Source of the DNA: Blepharisma stoltei ATCC 30299
Taxonomy: Eukaryota; Protista; Ciliophora
Assembly (NCBI GenBank): GCA_965603825.1
Contig: CBFDEM010000058.1
Coordinates: 620,001 to 684,000, forward strand
DNA length: 64,000 nucleotides
Reading direction: 5' to 3'
The position numbers and the translations under genes were made by a program. Shown piece after piece: positions 24,210-35,828 of the stretch. The notes under the pieces are model-generated. The model worked only from the letters and a program-made list of their open reading frames with translations, did not search any database and was not told the DNA's origin. Every line of letters starts with the position of its first letter. The first letter of the stretch is position 1.

Positions 24210-26036
24210 ATGGAATATTTTGACGAAACATCCAATTGGCTTGATAAACCTTTATTTCATTTGCTTAATATAGAAAATGCGCCAGAAATTATTATAAATC
24301 CGTTTTTAGACTTAGAAAACCAAAGGACGATAAATATTGATGCAGAAAGAACGAAGCCTGATGTATTGACACCAGATGAGACTTTTCAGCTGAAGCAGAT
24401 TTTGACTTTTTATTGCAAGGAAGAAAAGATTTTGTATAAGCAAGGAATGAATGAAATCATGGCGCCGTTTATAATTTCTTGCAGATTTGGGGTTACCTTG
24501 AGTCAGGCCTATTTTTGTTTCAAAAAATTAATTTCCTTATGCCTCCCTACAATGTTTGAAGATACTGTAAATTCCAAATAGACTTTTCGGCCAATTCAAG
24601 GTCTTTTTGTAATCTTAAAGCTCCTTATGAAGTATCACAGTCCTGAAATTTTTACATTTTTTACAAAAAAGGAAATCACCCCTGAAGTTTTTGCAACTTC
24701 ATGATTTTTGACACTTTTTTCAAGTAGAATTCAAAATATAGAAATTTTGTTTAGTTTGTGAGAACAAATTATTATTGAAAAAGATATGTTTTTTCCTTGT
24801 TTTTTTGCATTAGCGTTATTAGATCACAATAAAACAGAAATATTAAAATCTAATGAATTTATGCCAAAAATAATCAGCAAATTTCAGATAGAAAGTTATG
24901 ATTGTTTAAATACTATGCTAGAAAAAGCTAGAAATATGAAAAGATATATGCCAAGATCGATGAGAATTAGATTGAAAAAATATAATATTTATAAACTGGA
25001 GTCTATCAATCAATTAGTCAGAAAATTAAGCAGAAGCCCAAGCTTACCCCTGCTGCCTAAAGAAGTGGTTTTAAGGACTTATCCACAAGAATTTGTATGC
25101 AAATGTGATAATAATTCCTGCTCTTGGTGCACTCATCAAGACCCTGACCCTCCTTTGATAATTCTTGACTGCAGATCTCCAGATGAACAGTCTTTTGGCT
25201 GTCTACCGAATACTGCACTTATAGATCCTCAGTACTGAGAAGGCGCGGCTTCAATAGAAAGCATAGTAAATCAATACTCAAACGAGAAAGGAGTGTTTCA
25301 TATATCATTATTAGGAAGCCAATTTATTTATGAAAAATCACAAGAAAATGAAGAAACAGAGAACTCAGCAAAAATGATAAAAAAATTATTCCAAAATTTC
25401 ACTGAAAGCGGGTTTCCTTATATAAGCATCATAGAAGGTGGTTATAAATTATGCCATGAAGCTATAATAAGACGATCTTTATCATTGCAATCCCACAATA
25501 TTTCTTTATGTAAAGAATGCGTTGTTCTTAACTCTTCATCAGAAAGAAATTCAACTAAGCTAAAAGAGCTTAAAGAAAAAATCATTGGAAACGTTCAATC
25601 TCAAGTAAAAGACTCCCTAATAAACCAGCGTCGCATTTCTCGAGAAGAATCAATAAAAATATTCAATGATTTAAAATCAACAGCTGAAAAAATACAGATT
25701 GACCTCAGCCTAAAGCACTATGAATGCCGAAAATACAATAAAAATCTAGGCTCATGCTACCCAGAAGAGTATATTTTGCTTTTAGACTCAAATTATCTGA
25801 TTTTAGCTACCCCTCTTAATGAAGAAACAGGAATCGTCGTCGAAAAAAGACATATAAAAGACCTTCAAAAAATTACTTCTATCAAAAATTCTCCTAAAAC
25901 CCTCACATTTTCATTTTTTGAGCAGAAAAAGAGATCTTTCACAATGAAGTCTAAAAAAGAAGCAAAAGCGGTCATAAAGCAGCTGACAGGCCTTTATAAT
26001 TTGTTCAAGCAGACTAGAAATGTGGAATCATTATAA
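24210..26036 (+). CDS. TBC (Rab-GAP) + rhodanese-like + C-terminal PH-like protein (TBC1D23/TBCK-like architecture)
   Basis: INIDAERT, YKQGMNEIMAPF, KYHSPE, PEVFATSW(TGA)FLTLF, ILDCRSPDEQ.FGCLP, FPYISIIEGGY. 15-nt intron 24567-24581. Confidence 0.85.
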
Positions 26037-26083
26037 ATTTTTACGAAAATGAAATAATTTAAATTTCATTAATAATTAAAATA

Positions 26084-26962
26084 ATGTCTGTGTTGAATCC
26101 AAGTACCCCCGCATTTGAGCCTTTTGCATGGAATTTCTCTACAGTCGACAGTAGCTCAAAAAATAAGATAAAAAACGTCTGGCACCACAATCTGAAAGAA
26201 GAAATTTTAGATATTTCGAGACTGCTGGAGAATTATCCTTATATTGCCATGGATACTGAATTTCCAGGCATCATTGTGAGGGCTCAAGGTGAGCTAAGAG
26301 ATACGCAGTATCAGACAATTCGGCATAACGTTGACAGATTGAAGCTGATCCAGGTAGGAATCACACTGTCAGATATTAATGGAAATTACCCTCCTGATAC
26401 TTGTACTTGGCAATTTAACATGAAATTTGACTTAGAAACTGATACTTATTCAAGTGATTCTATACAATTACTAAAAAATTCAGGCTTCGATTTTGAAAAG
26501 CATGCTCAAGATGGGATTGATCCTCAAGATTTCGCTGAACTCTTTACAGTATCTGGTCTATGTCTCAACGAAGATATAACTTACATTACATTTCACTGTG
26601 GCTATGATTTCGCTTATCTTCTTAAAAGCTTAACTTGTCAGAAACTCCCTGAATCACAAACAGAATTCTATAAAAAACTTTTATTGTATTTCCCAGCATT
26701 TTATGATTTAAAATACATGGTAAGAGGAATTGATAGGTTTCGAGGAGGCTTAAATAGAATAGCTGAAGAGCTTGGGATTAAAAGAATTGGTAGAATGCAT
26801 CAAGCTGGCAGTGACAGTATGGTAACTCTAGAAGCATTTTTTGGGGTAAAAAATGCATGCTTCCCTGAACCAATTTCTATTGAAGATCACGAAAATGTGA
26901 TATGTGGGCTAAATGAAAATAATCAGATCAGAGAGACTGAGTATATTAGCCAATATCCTTAA
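26084..26962 (+). CDS. CAF1: CCR4-NOT deadenylase subunit CAF1/POP2 (CNOT7/8), 292 aa
   Basis: YIAMDTEFPG, LKLIQVGITL, TWQFN, FHCGYDFAYL, HQAGSDS (DEDDh nuclease). Confidence 0.96.
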   Translation: MSVLNPSTPAFEPFAWNFSTVDSSSKNKIKNVWHHNLKEEILDISRLLENYPYIAMDTEFPGIIVRAQGELRDTQYQTIRHNVDRLKLIQVGITLSDINGNYPPDTCTWQFNMKFDLETDTYSSDSIQLLKNSGFDFEKHAQDGIDPQDFAELFTVSGLCLNEDITYITFHCGYDFAYLLKSLTCQKLPESQTEFYKKLLLYFPAFYDLKYMVRGIDRFRGGLNRIAEELGIKRIGRMHQAGSDSMVTLEAFFGVKNACFPEPISIEDHENVICGLNENNQIRETEYISQYP

Positions 26963-26981
26963 TTAATTAAATTTAGCAAAA

Positions 26982-28259
26982 TTATACTTTTTGTTGATAT
27001 TTGGGTGAAACAAGCGAAAAAAGTCCTTTTGAAGTTTTTGGGTCTTGAGCTTTGCTCTGTGACGCAACTGTTTGCAGTGCAAAATGGGGTTTTGTTAATG
27101 CATTAGCCTTTACCCCTGAGTTTTTTCTTTTTTCAGATCTTGATGAAACTGTAGACTCCCTTCTATCCATATTGATAATTCACAGATCTTTTAAAGACGT
27201 AACCTCATCAAGCCTCTTTGGCTCTGAATAATACGGATCTCTCGCATTTTCCCAAAACCTTTCTTCTTCATCATTAGGTAGCTGAGGTGTAGAAAATGTT
27301 TTTTCAAAAGGCTTTGGGACTTTAATTCTATATAGCTTTTACCCTAATTTTGCTTTTAGCTCAGAAATTTCTTTATCTTTTCCTTGCATTTGGTTTCTCA
27401 TTTTCTCTAATTCTAAGTTTTGTTTTTTAAAAATGTCTTCATATTGCTTTAGTTTGCCTTCAAGATCTCTGATAATAGACCGGTATTCAAATTCAGCCTC
27501 AATATTGGAAAAATCTTGGTTTTTTGATGTACTTTCACTTGGCCAGATATCAGAATCAATCATGTCTGAGGTTTTTTGGTAGCGAGACTTACGAGAACGG
27601 CTTGAAGGAGTTGGAGAGTCTGATTGGGTTGGGCTTGGATATCTTTCAGAAGTGTTTGAGGATTTTTTTTCTCGAGAAATAGATGATTTTTGTAAGGCTT
27701 TTGTGGACAAATTTGAATTTTCTTGGAGTTTTGAGTGGGATTTTGAGTTTTCTTTTTCTGTTATTTGAGAGATCGAGTTATTGCTGGTAATATTTGCCCC
27801 TTTTTTAAATTTCGAGCTTGAGATTGAGGATTCTTCTTTTTGACTATTTTGCCTTATATGATTTTGTGAAATTTCTATTTTTGATTCTTTTGACACAGAT
27901 TCTGTGAGCTTATTTTCACTGTTTTTTTGGCTGATTTTTGGATTTTCCTGCAAATCTTCAATTTTTTTATTTTCATTCTGAGTCTCAATCTCATTGCTTT
28001 CTTTATTTTCATTTATTGCTTTATCTTTTATATTTTCTTCTTCCTTTACAGCATTTTCTTGTTCTATTGAAGGATTTTCTTTTTGATCAGCTAATTTATT
28101 ATTCGAGCCTTCTTCTTTGAATTGACTTGATTCTATTCCTTGTTCAGGCGGCAAAGGATTATTGATATTTTCCCCTTCAATACGGATTTCTTGTTGGTTC
28201 CCTTCATCTTCAGGAGCTTTTGCATTGCTTGCTTGACCCATGTTTAAATGTTCAGACAT
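26982..28259 (-). CDS. Hypothetical low-complexity/coiled-coil protein (~420 aa)
   Basis: ORF 27339-28259 is joined by 15-nt intron 27328-27342 (gtaaaagctatatag) and one TGA-Trp to ORF 26982-27170. Confidence 0.75.
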
Positions 28260-29084
28260 TACAACATTGTTTTAGTAAAAGAATTATTCAATAAATTTTC
28301 CAAAATATACTAGTATTTATATTATATAAAGCTCTATTAGATTATATAAAAATCAATAAAAAATATGTCTGTCTTTGAAGATCACGTTTAGTAAGTATGA
28401 TTAATCTAAATAAGTTAAAAATAATTGAAAATCTTATTATTTTAATTTTGACATAGAGTTGCCATTATATACTGTAAAAATTACCCTTTAAACTGGAGAA
28501 GTATATATGAAACATAATTCTTATCATGATTTTATGCTTGCACTCATGAGTAAATTTTATTTGATAGGTATAGATTGAAGGAAAACGCTACAAAACTTGT
28601 GCAAAAACCTATAATCAGAAGCTCTATTAAAAGATTAAGCTATTTATAGTTATAATATTAAAATTTTATGTTTGGAATATTTCAGTTTAATCTTTGATGG
28701 GAACGAATCAAAAAAATATAAAATTTCAAATATCTCAATAAGCGCAGACTTGATTAAAACCAGATAATCAGATTCAAAGATAATTATAGAATATAGTTAA
28801 AATATATAATCTAAAAGGTGATTATTTTCTTTAAAATGCTAAACATTTTATGATAAGTTAGAGCAAATGAATAAGACTAAAATAAAGAATGCTCTAGAGT
28901 GGCTTTCATTGGTGACTATAAATAATTTGTATCATATTTCTTAAGCAGACCATGTCATTATGATAGGATAATAATAAAATGTTAATATTGATTATTTTTC
29001 CGCTAAGCTATAAAATTGATCTTTAATTAAATATTAAGAAATAATTGTATATTTATAAGTTGAAAAGATTATTTATAATAAATT

Positions 29085-30500
29085 ATGTCTGCAATCATAG
29101 AATTGGATAAAGAACTTGAACCCGAAATTATCGAGAAAAAAGTGCTGAATAATTCTGAAAATAGCAATTATTTATTAAAAGTGCAGGCACTGTTTAAAGC
29201 GTATTATGCTAACAAGTTTTTTAGCTTGCTAAAGACGAAGACTTCAATTCCAAATACTGAATTGTTTACAGTATTTTCATCCTTCAAAAATTATTTCTCA
29301 AATTATCTTCGTAGTGAGACATTAGATTATTTGGAAAAATTTGGAATGTATTTTAAGCCTGAAATATTAACAGATAAATCATGGGCTGGGCCCCTCACTA
29401 CGGATTTTACGCATTTTTATTATGGAGAAACAGATGAGAAAAAGGTTCCTTATGGCTCTGGAGTTTTAATTTCATTCAATTACATTTACGAAGGATGATT
29501 TTCAAATGGCAAATTTGAAGGAAAAGGTAGAATGATAGATGATAAGCAAGGAGTTTATGATGGAGATTGACAATCAGGTCAAAAGCATGGAAATGGAACT
29601 ATGACTTATTGAAATTGCTCAAAATACTCAGGAAACTGAGAAGATAATAAAAAGCATGGGCAAGGAGCGCTAGATGAGCAAAGTTCACACTATGAAGGGT
29701 GCTTCGAAAATGACTTAAAATGTGGATATGGAGAGCAAACGTTTAAAAATGGAACATGATACAAAGGAAACTTTGTCAATGGGCTTTATGACGGAATCGG
29801 TACGCTCAATAATAAGCAAAGTAATGAGTCATATGAAGGTGAGTTTAACTGCGGCTCCTTTGATGGAAAAGGCACATTAATAATGCCTGATGGGTGAACT
29901 TACGTTGGCGACTTTAAAAATGGGAATAGATCTGGCTTTGGGACTCTTAAATCTAGTGAAGTTCGATATGAAAGTAAATGAATTAATGATGAGCCGTTTG
30001 GAGAGTACAATAAGTATTCATCAAAGCAATATGTTATAAAAGGTGTTTGGAAAAAATTTCTGCCTGTAAATCATATGGATGAAGTAATACAAAATATATT
30101 TCTGGGAAATTTTTTAGCAGCTACTAATGGAAAGTGACTAAGAGAAATTGGAATAAAATATATAATAAGAGTTTTAGATGACGAAAAAGTTGAGCTACTA
30201 CCAGGATTTATATATTTTTATATAAAAGCTAAGGACACTAAAACACAAAATATTAAAAAATATCTACCTGGAGCCCTAGATTTTATAGATGATCTAATTA
30301 AAAAAAATGAAAAGGTTCTTGTACATTGCTATGCAGGAATTTCAAGAAGTCCTTCAATTGTGATAGCACTCATAATGAGGAATTTTAGAAAAACCTTTGA
30401 TGAAGCTTACGAATATCTTAAAGAAAGAAGGCCCTGCATTCGCCCAAATAAAGGTTTTATTAAGCAACTGAAAGAGCTAAAATTTAAGAAGAAATCTTAA
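29085..30500 (+). CDS. MORN-repeat + dual-specificity phosphatase fusion, 471 aa
   Basis: Single frame through TGA-Trp codons. About 8 MORN-type repeats (YEGWFSNGKFEGKG, YDGDWQSGQKHGNG, YSGNWEDNKKHGQG...). DUSP domain NIFLGN...VLVHCYAGISRS...RPCIRPNKGFIKQL. TAA 30498-30500. Confidence 0.92.
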
Positions 30501-30534
30501 TAATTCCAATTTGTAAAAAATTGAGAAATAAAAA

Positions 30535-30735
30535 TTATAAGCCAGAAATCAAGTATGAATGGAACTCTTCAGTGTCGCATTCAGAAATTGTAGTTCCTAT
30601 GCTGATTTCTTTAGTCTCTTCCACTTTGGTTAAACTTTCTGTACTTCACTCAGAATACTGGGACAATGTCGTATCATGTTCGCTTTCTTGAATTTGCTCT
30701 GAAGCATCAACTGAGTCTAAGTGGATCAGCATCAT
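30535..30735 (-). CDS. Possible small acidic protein, 66 aa (…KVEETKEISIGTTISECDTEEFHSY…)
   Basis: ATG-TAA frame with one TGA. A diverged paralog at 31077-31369 supports coding potential. Confidence 0.35.
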
Positions 30736-31076
30736 TTTGCAGCGCACCTATTTCGATTTTTCATTGCACAAACGGGTTCGGTCTATTGAGTTAAATACTA
30801 TCGGAATTTGGTTTATTTTGAGTCAGCTATTGTAGAATTAGGAAATTTTTCTATGATATCTTCGATTGAGTCTCTCGAAGAATCGCCTAAAGAGTCAATC
30901 TCGAATTTTGATATGTTCAAGTTATTCATTATAAAAATATGGAATTATGCAAAATGAAATAAAATTATAAATAAAGTTATGAGTAATCAACTGAAAGAGC
31001 TATATTTTAAAAGGAAGAATTAATTTCACGATTTAATTTTGCTTTATTTCACCAATGATAGATAAAAGCTGCATTT

Positions 31077-31369
31077 TTATCTGGTCAATTTTTCAGAGAG
31101 AAGTCAGGGAACGTGATTACAGTGAGCCAACTCTCTAAGAGCCATGTCTGTAAGACCTTTTATTTCAGAAAGTTCCAAATAGTAACGTTTAATCCAGTAT
31201 GAGTGTGGCTCATCAGTCTCACACTCAGAAATAGTTGACTCAACGGCCATTTCTTTAGTTTCTTCTAATTTTATTGAATTTTCAGTCGTTAAATCAAAAA
31301 ATTGGGAAATTGTAGAGTCCTGCCCGCTTCTTGAGTTTGCTCGGAATTCTCAGTCTTTATTGGATTCAT
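31077..31369 (-). pseudogene. Frameshifted paralog of the 30535-30735 small ORF (…KLEETKEMAVESTISECETDEPHSY…)
   Basis: Colinear amino-acid similarity, with a 1-nt deletion near 31330. Part of a ~520-bp duplication (caactgaaagagcta at ~30465 and ~30988). Confidence 0.35.
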
Positions 31370-31520
31370 TTTGTGACTATCAATATATATTATATATTAT
31401 GTTCAAAATAGCATGAAATTTAAAAATCTGAATTAGCAAATTAATATGATTATTAAAAGAGAAAATAAAATCCTAGTAAAGTAAATTGGTGAATTATATG
31501 GGTTTTTATTTATAAATGAC

Positions 31521-33545
31521 TTAATACTTGATATTTGTCATTCTGCAAATTAAGCATTTCATTGAATTAATTTGTGACATTATAGCTTGATAATCTTGGC
31601 TATCAATTTTACTTTGCAGAACTCTACCAAATATATCTGAAAAGCAATCAAATTCTTTCTCTGAAATCCCTAAATGCTGATGAGATGCTCTGATTTTTCT
31701 TCTCAATTCTAATCCAGCTTGCCCATTAAATACACGAAATAGACCATCCACAATCATAGTAAAATTTTCTATATTTGTATCCTCAAAACGATAGCCAATT
31801 ATATCATTCTCTAGTATTTCATCAAATAGAGAAGCAGTAAATTCATGTCAGAAATTGTCTCCATATTTCAAAATCAAGCTTTCGTTTTTTAAACACGATA
31901 ATTTTGAATTAAATTTCATTGCGTCATAATTACTAATGATTTTATTGAAATGCTTTCTAGTTGGCGATTCATTTTTTCTATTTCGGAACATTCTACTTGA
32001 TGGAGACTGTTCAAGACAAGCTGATTTATTTAAACAGCTGCAAACATTAGGACACTCATTCTTTCTCTGCTTAAAAATTGTGTTATACGTTTTATTACTT
32101 TGCTCTTTAAAGTTTACTGATCAGTGACTATTGTGTAAGCTGCTGACAGCGATTTTACTATCCCTCGCAAGAATTTCTTTTTCAATAACTTCACTTCTTA
32201 GATGCACTGAATTGCTTCTTATTCTAAAAAGCTTTTTCGGAGTACTGCATATTTTTTCTTGTCGGTCGCTAATATCAGAATCTTCATTGGCATCATTTTC
32301 TAAATCTGCTTCTATATGAAGCCCAGCAATTTGGTCTTTTTTAATATTATTTAAACTTTCTACAGAATATCTCCTCTTTGCTCATTTATTTTCATCTACT
32401 TTTAACTCATTTTTTTCTATTGTAGTCCATTCTTGAATATCTAAAAAAATTCAATTTTTATCTTGATTTTGCATAAAATCAACAACAAGCCCTTTAATCG
32501 GTTTTCCTTTAAATTCAGAATTATTGAGAAATGAGACCAGCTGATTTGTCATTTTTTCTATTTCTGGGATATTAATTTTGCTTTGGATAGCAAAGCAGCT
32601 ATTCTCATTTTTAGTTTGGACGGTAAATGCTTCAAAGTTTTTTGGCTCATTGGAACTTGTCCAAAAAATATTTTGTTTTATGCCGTTTGATATAGCTTCA
32701 TCAGAGGCACTTAAAGATAATCTATTGGGTTCCGGATCTAATGAATTTCTCAATAAAGGTGTTTTATTGCGGACTTTTACTATAGGAGACCTTTCTATTT
32801 TCTTGCTTGTAAAAGGGTTATTAATTGACTGTGATGTTTTGAGCATCAAATTAATATGCTTAAATTCTGTTATTTGAGGCTGAGACTTTTTTGCTTTATA
32901 TTTATACCTTTGTTTATTAATATTTGAAGACTTTTCTTGGAATTTCAAGAGATTTATAATAGAAAAATATTTTAATTTTTCGTTATGTTTTCACACAACT
33001 CTTGTGATTGATGCTGGATTTGGAGGCTTAATAAACTGCTGAATCATTGCAGAGTGATTTGAAGAATTTCAAAGTGTTTTTGCTTCTGCAATAGAGGACA
33101 GGACGATTGATTGACTATCGTCTTTATAGTAGAATAAAGGAGTCTCATTAGATTGCTTAAATTGATCAAAAAAATCATCATCATGGCTTTGTCTTGAAAT
33201 AATTCTTTTATTTTTGTTAGTTTTGATTAAATAAGGTGTAGGAATATTATCAGCCTTTATAAGTGTTATTGGGATGTTTAGCTTTATTCTATCAGTCTCA
33301 GAAATTTCAATTAAACGAAATAATATTTTGATTTTATTTTGCTCAGTCAATTTTGGTAATAAAGAACTCAATTTTTTTATATAAGAGCTGTGCCTGGGAT
33401 CTGTAAAACTTGCATTTGAGTCGTAGGTAATCTGAATCTTTGGAGTTGGAGAAATCAGTGAAGGCTTTGATGATTTATTTTCTTTTGCCAAAAATGAGGA
33501 ATTTTCGACAGAAATTGTTTTATTTTGCGTTTTTGTCTGTTCCAT
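31521..33545 (-). CDS. ATP-grasp-like + truncated hemoglobin fusion, copy 1 (674 aa)
   Basis: Three track ORFs share a frame, and I checked the gaps codon by codon (only TGA). C-terminal 2/2 globin ...RRKIRASHQHLGISEKEF..., with B10 = Phe. Confidence 0.88.
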
Positions 33546-33672
33546 ATTATTTTTTATTAATCAATATTTTTGGAAATCAAATTATCATAATATAAATAAT
33601 ACTTGACTATTATTTACAATATCTATTTACTAATACTTTTTTTTACATAAATTGATATTTAATAGCAGAATC

Positions 33673-35688
33673 TTATTTCGAATGCGATTGATTGCATACA
33701 AGCCATTTCATAGACCGTGTTTGAGACATTACAACCTGCAGATCTTGAGTCTCCATTTTATTATCTGCAAGACTCCTTTCAAAAATATCTGCAAAGCAGT
33801 CAAATTCTTTTTCAGAAATTCCCAATTTTTTGTGCACTCCTCTAACTCTTCTTCTGAATTCTAAATTAACTTGCCCATTAAGAACCTTAAATAAACCATC
33901 TATAATCATTGTAAAATTTTCCAATTTGGTGTCTTTGAATCTTTTATTTAATATATCATTGCCGAGAATACTATGAAAAAGGCAAATTATAAATTGATTT
34001 CAAAAACTGTTCCCGTACTTTAAAATTAAGCTTTCATTTCTTAAGTGTGAGAGCTTTGAGTTAAATTTGATAGCATCAAATTGATTTATTATATTTGTAT
34101 AGTGTTTTCTAATTGATGTATCATTATTTTCACTATTTGATGATAAATGTGGATTTTTACAATGATCAGCAAAATGGACTGAATTAATTTTTCTTGTTTT
34201 AAAAATCGTGCTATATGATTGAATGCTTTGCTCTTTAAGATTTACTAATAAATGTGCAGCACTTTGGCTTTGGTTTTTGAGGTTGTTAACTTTCTGCGTT
34301 ACTTTGCAGTATCTTTCTGCAATATCTTTTTCGTTTAATTCATTTTTTTGTACAGAAATTCTTTTTTTTCTTATCTTAAAAGGAAGTTTATCTTTTTCAG
34401 CATTAGTTTCTTCTTTTTCAAACTGTAAGATTTCATTTTCTTCTATATCAGGCTCACTTTCTGATTCCTCATATACGCTATTTCTGCTATGGTCTACAGA
34501 TTGGCTCCTCTCTGAAGATTTCATGGCCTTTCCTCTTCCTGGACACTCAACCGCTGATTTATCAGTCGTAATCCATTCTTGTAAATCCAAAAAAATTCAT
34601 TTTTTATCTACATTTTGTACAAAATCAAGAACAACTCCTTTAATAATTCTACCTTTAAATACAGAATTATTAAAAAAAGAAACAAGCTGATTCGCCATTG
34701 TGTCAATTTCTTGTATTTTAATTTTGCTTTGGACTGCAAAGCAACTGTTTGTATTTTTAGTTTGGACTAAAAAGCTTTCAAATCCTTTTGGCTCAGCTGA
34801 TTCATTAATTATGTTTTCATTTTCCTGGTCTGCTAATTCCATAAACGACCTCGAAATTAAAGATCTTGAAGCTTTAACTATAGAATTTCCAGAAAAATTG
34901 CAAAATGTATGTGCTAAGTTTTTCGATTTATTTGATTTTTTCTGAATTTTTATTTTGTAAGGGTTGTTTATAGATTTAGATGTTTTTTGTATAAAATCAG
35001 TGTATTTAAAATTATATAATTGGGAATAAGACCTATTTTTTTTTAGCTGCATTTGAGGTTTTATTGTAGAGTCTTCAGGTTTTTCGTGAAATTTCAGCAG
35101 ATTTATAATCAAAAAATATTTTGTTTTAGCATTTTGTTTCCACAGAATTCTAGTAATAGATACTGGATTTGATGAAGGCTTAATAAATTGCTGGATCATT
35201 GCTGGCTGGCTTGATGAGTTTCAAAGTGCTTTAGCTTTGGCTATTGAAAATAAGACCACAGAATGATTTTGAGCTTTATAGTAAAATAAAGGGCCATCTT
35301 CTGATGATTTAAACAAATTAAAAAATTCTTCATCAGCACATGGCTTTGAAATTATTTTTCCGTTTTTCTTCGTATGAATTAAAAATGATACTGGCATTTT
35401 ATCTACTCTTAACAGAGTAAGCGGAATATTTAGCCTCAAATTGTTGTCTGAATCATGATTATTGATTAAATGGGAAAATACATTGAATTTTTGGTGCTCT
35501 GGGAGTTTTGGTAGCAAAAAGTTAAGCTTTTTTATAAAAGAATTTTGCATAAGCTCTGTGCGGAGTCCGCTTATAACGGGTGCTTTATTTTTCAGAATTG
35601 ACAAATTTCATGAAGATCTACTTAATTGGTGATCTTTAGCAAACTCAGATAAGTTTTGATGATTTTCTAAATATTCTTGTCTGTCCAT
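33673..35688 (-). CDS. ATP-grasp-like + truncated hemoglobin fusion, copy 2 (671 aa)
   Basis: Four in-frame ORFs joined by TGA-Trp, ATG at 35688 (MDRQEY). Globin RRRVRGVHKKLGISEKEF, B10 = Phe. Confidence 0.88.
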
Positions 35689-35828
35689 TATTTACTCAAA
35701 TAAACAGCTAATAAAGAGTTGCTTATAAATATTTACAAATTAACAAATAGGGGATTTTCAACTCAAAAAAGTCATTTCAGAATATTATTTTAAAAAATTT
35801 GAAAATTAAAAAATTTAATTTTTATGCA

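Noticed and set aside
28300-29080. Possible gene remnant upstream of the MORN-DUSP gene
   Set aside because: Only short frames closed by TAA/TAG, with no supportable similarity.
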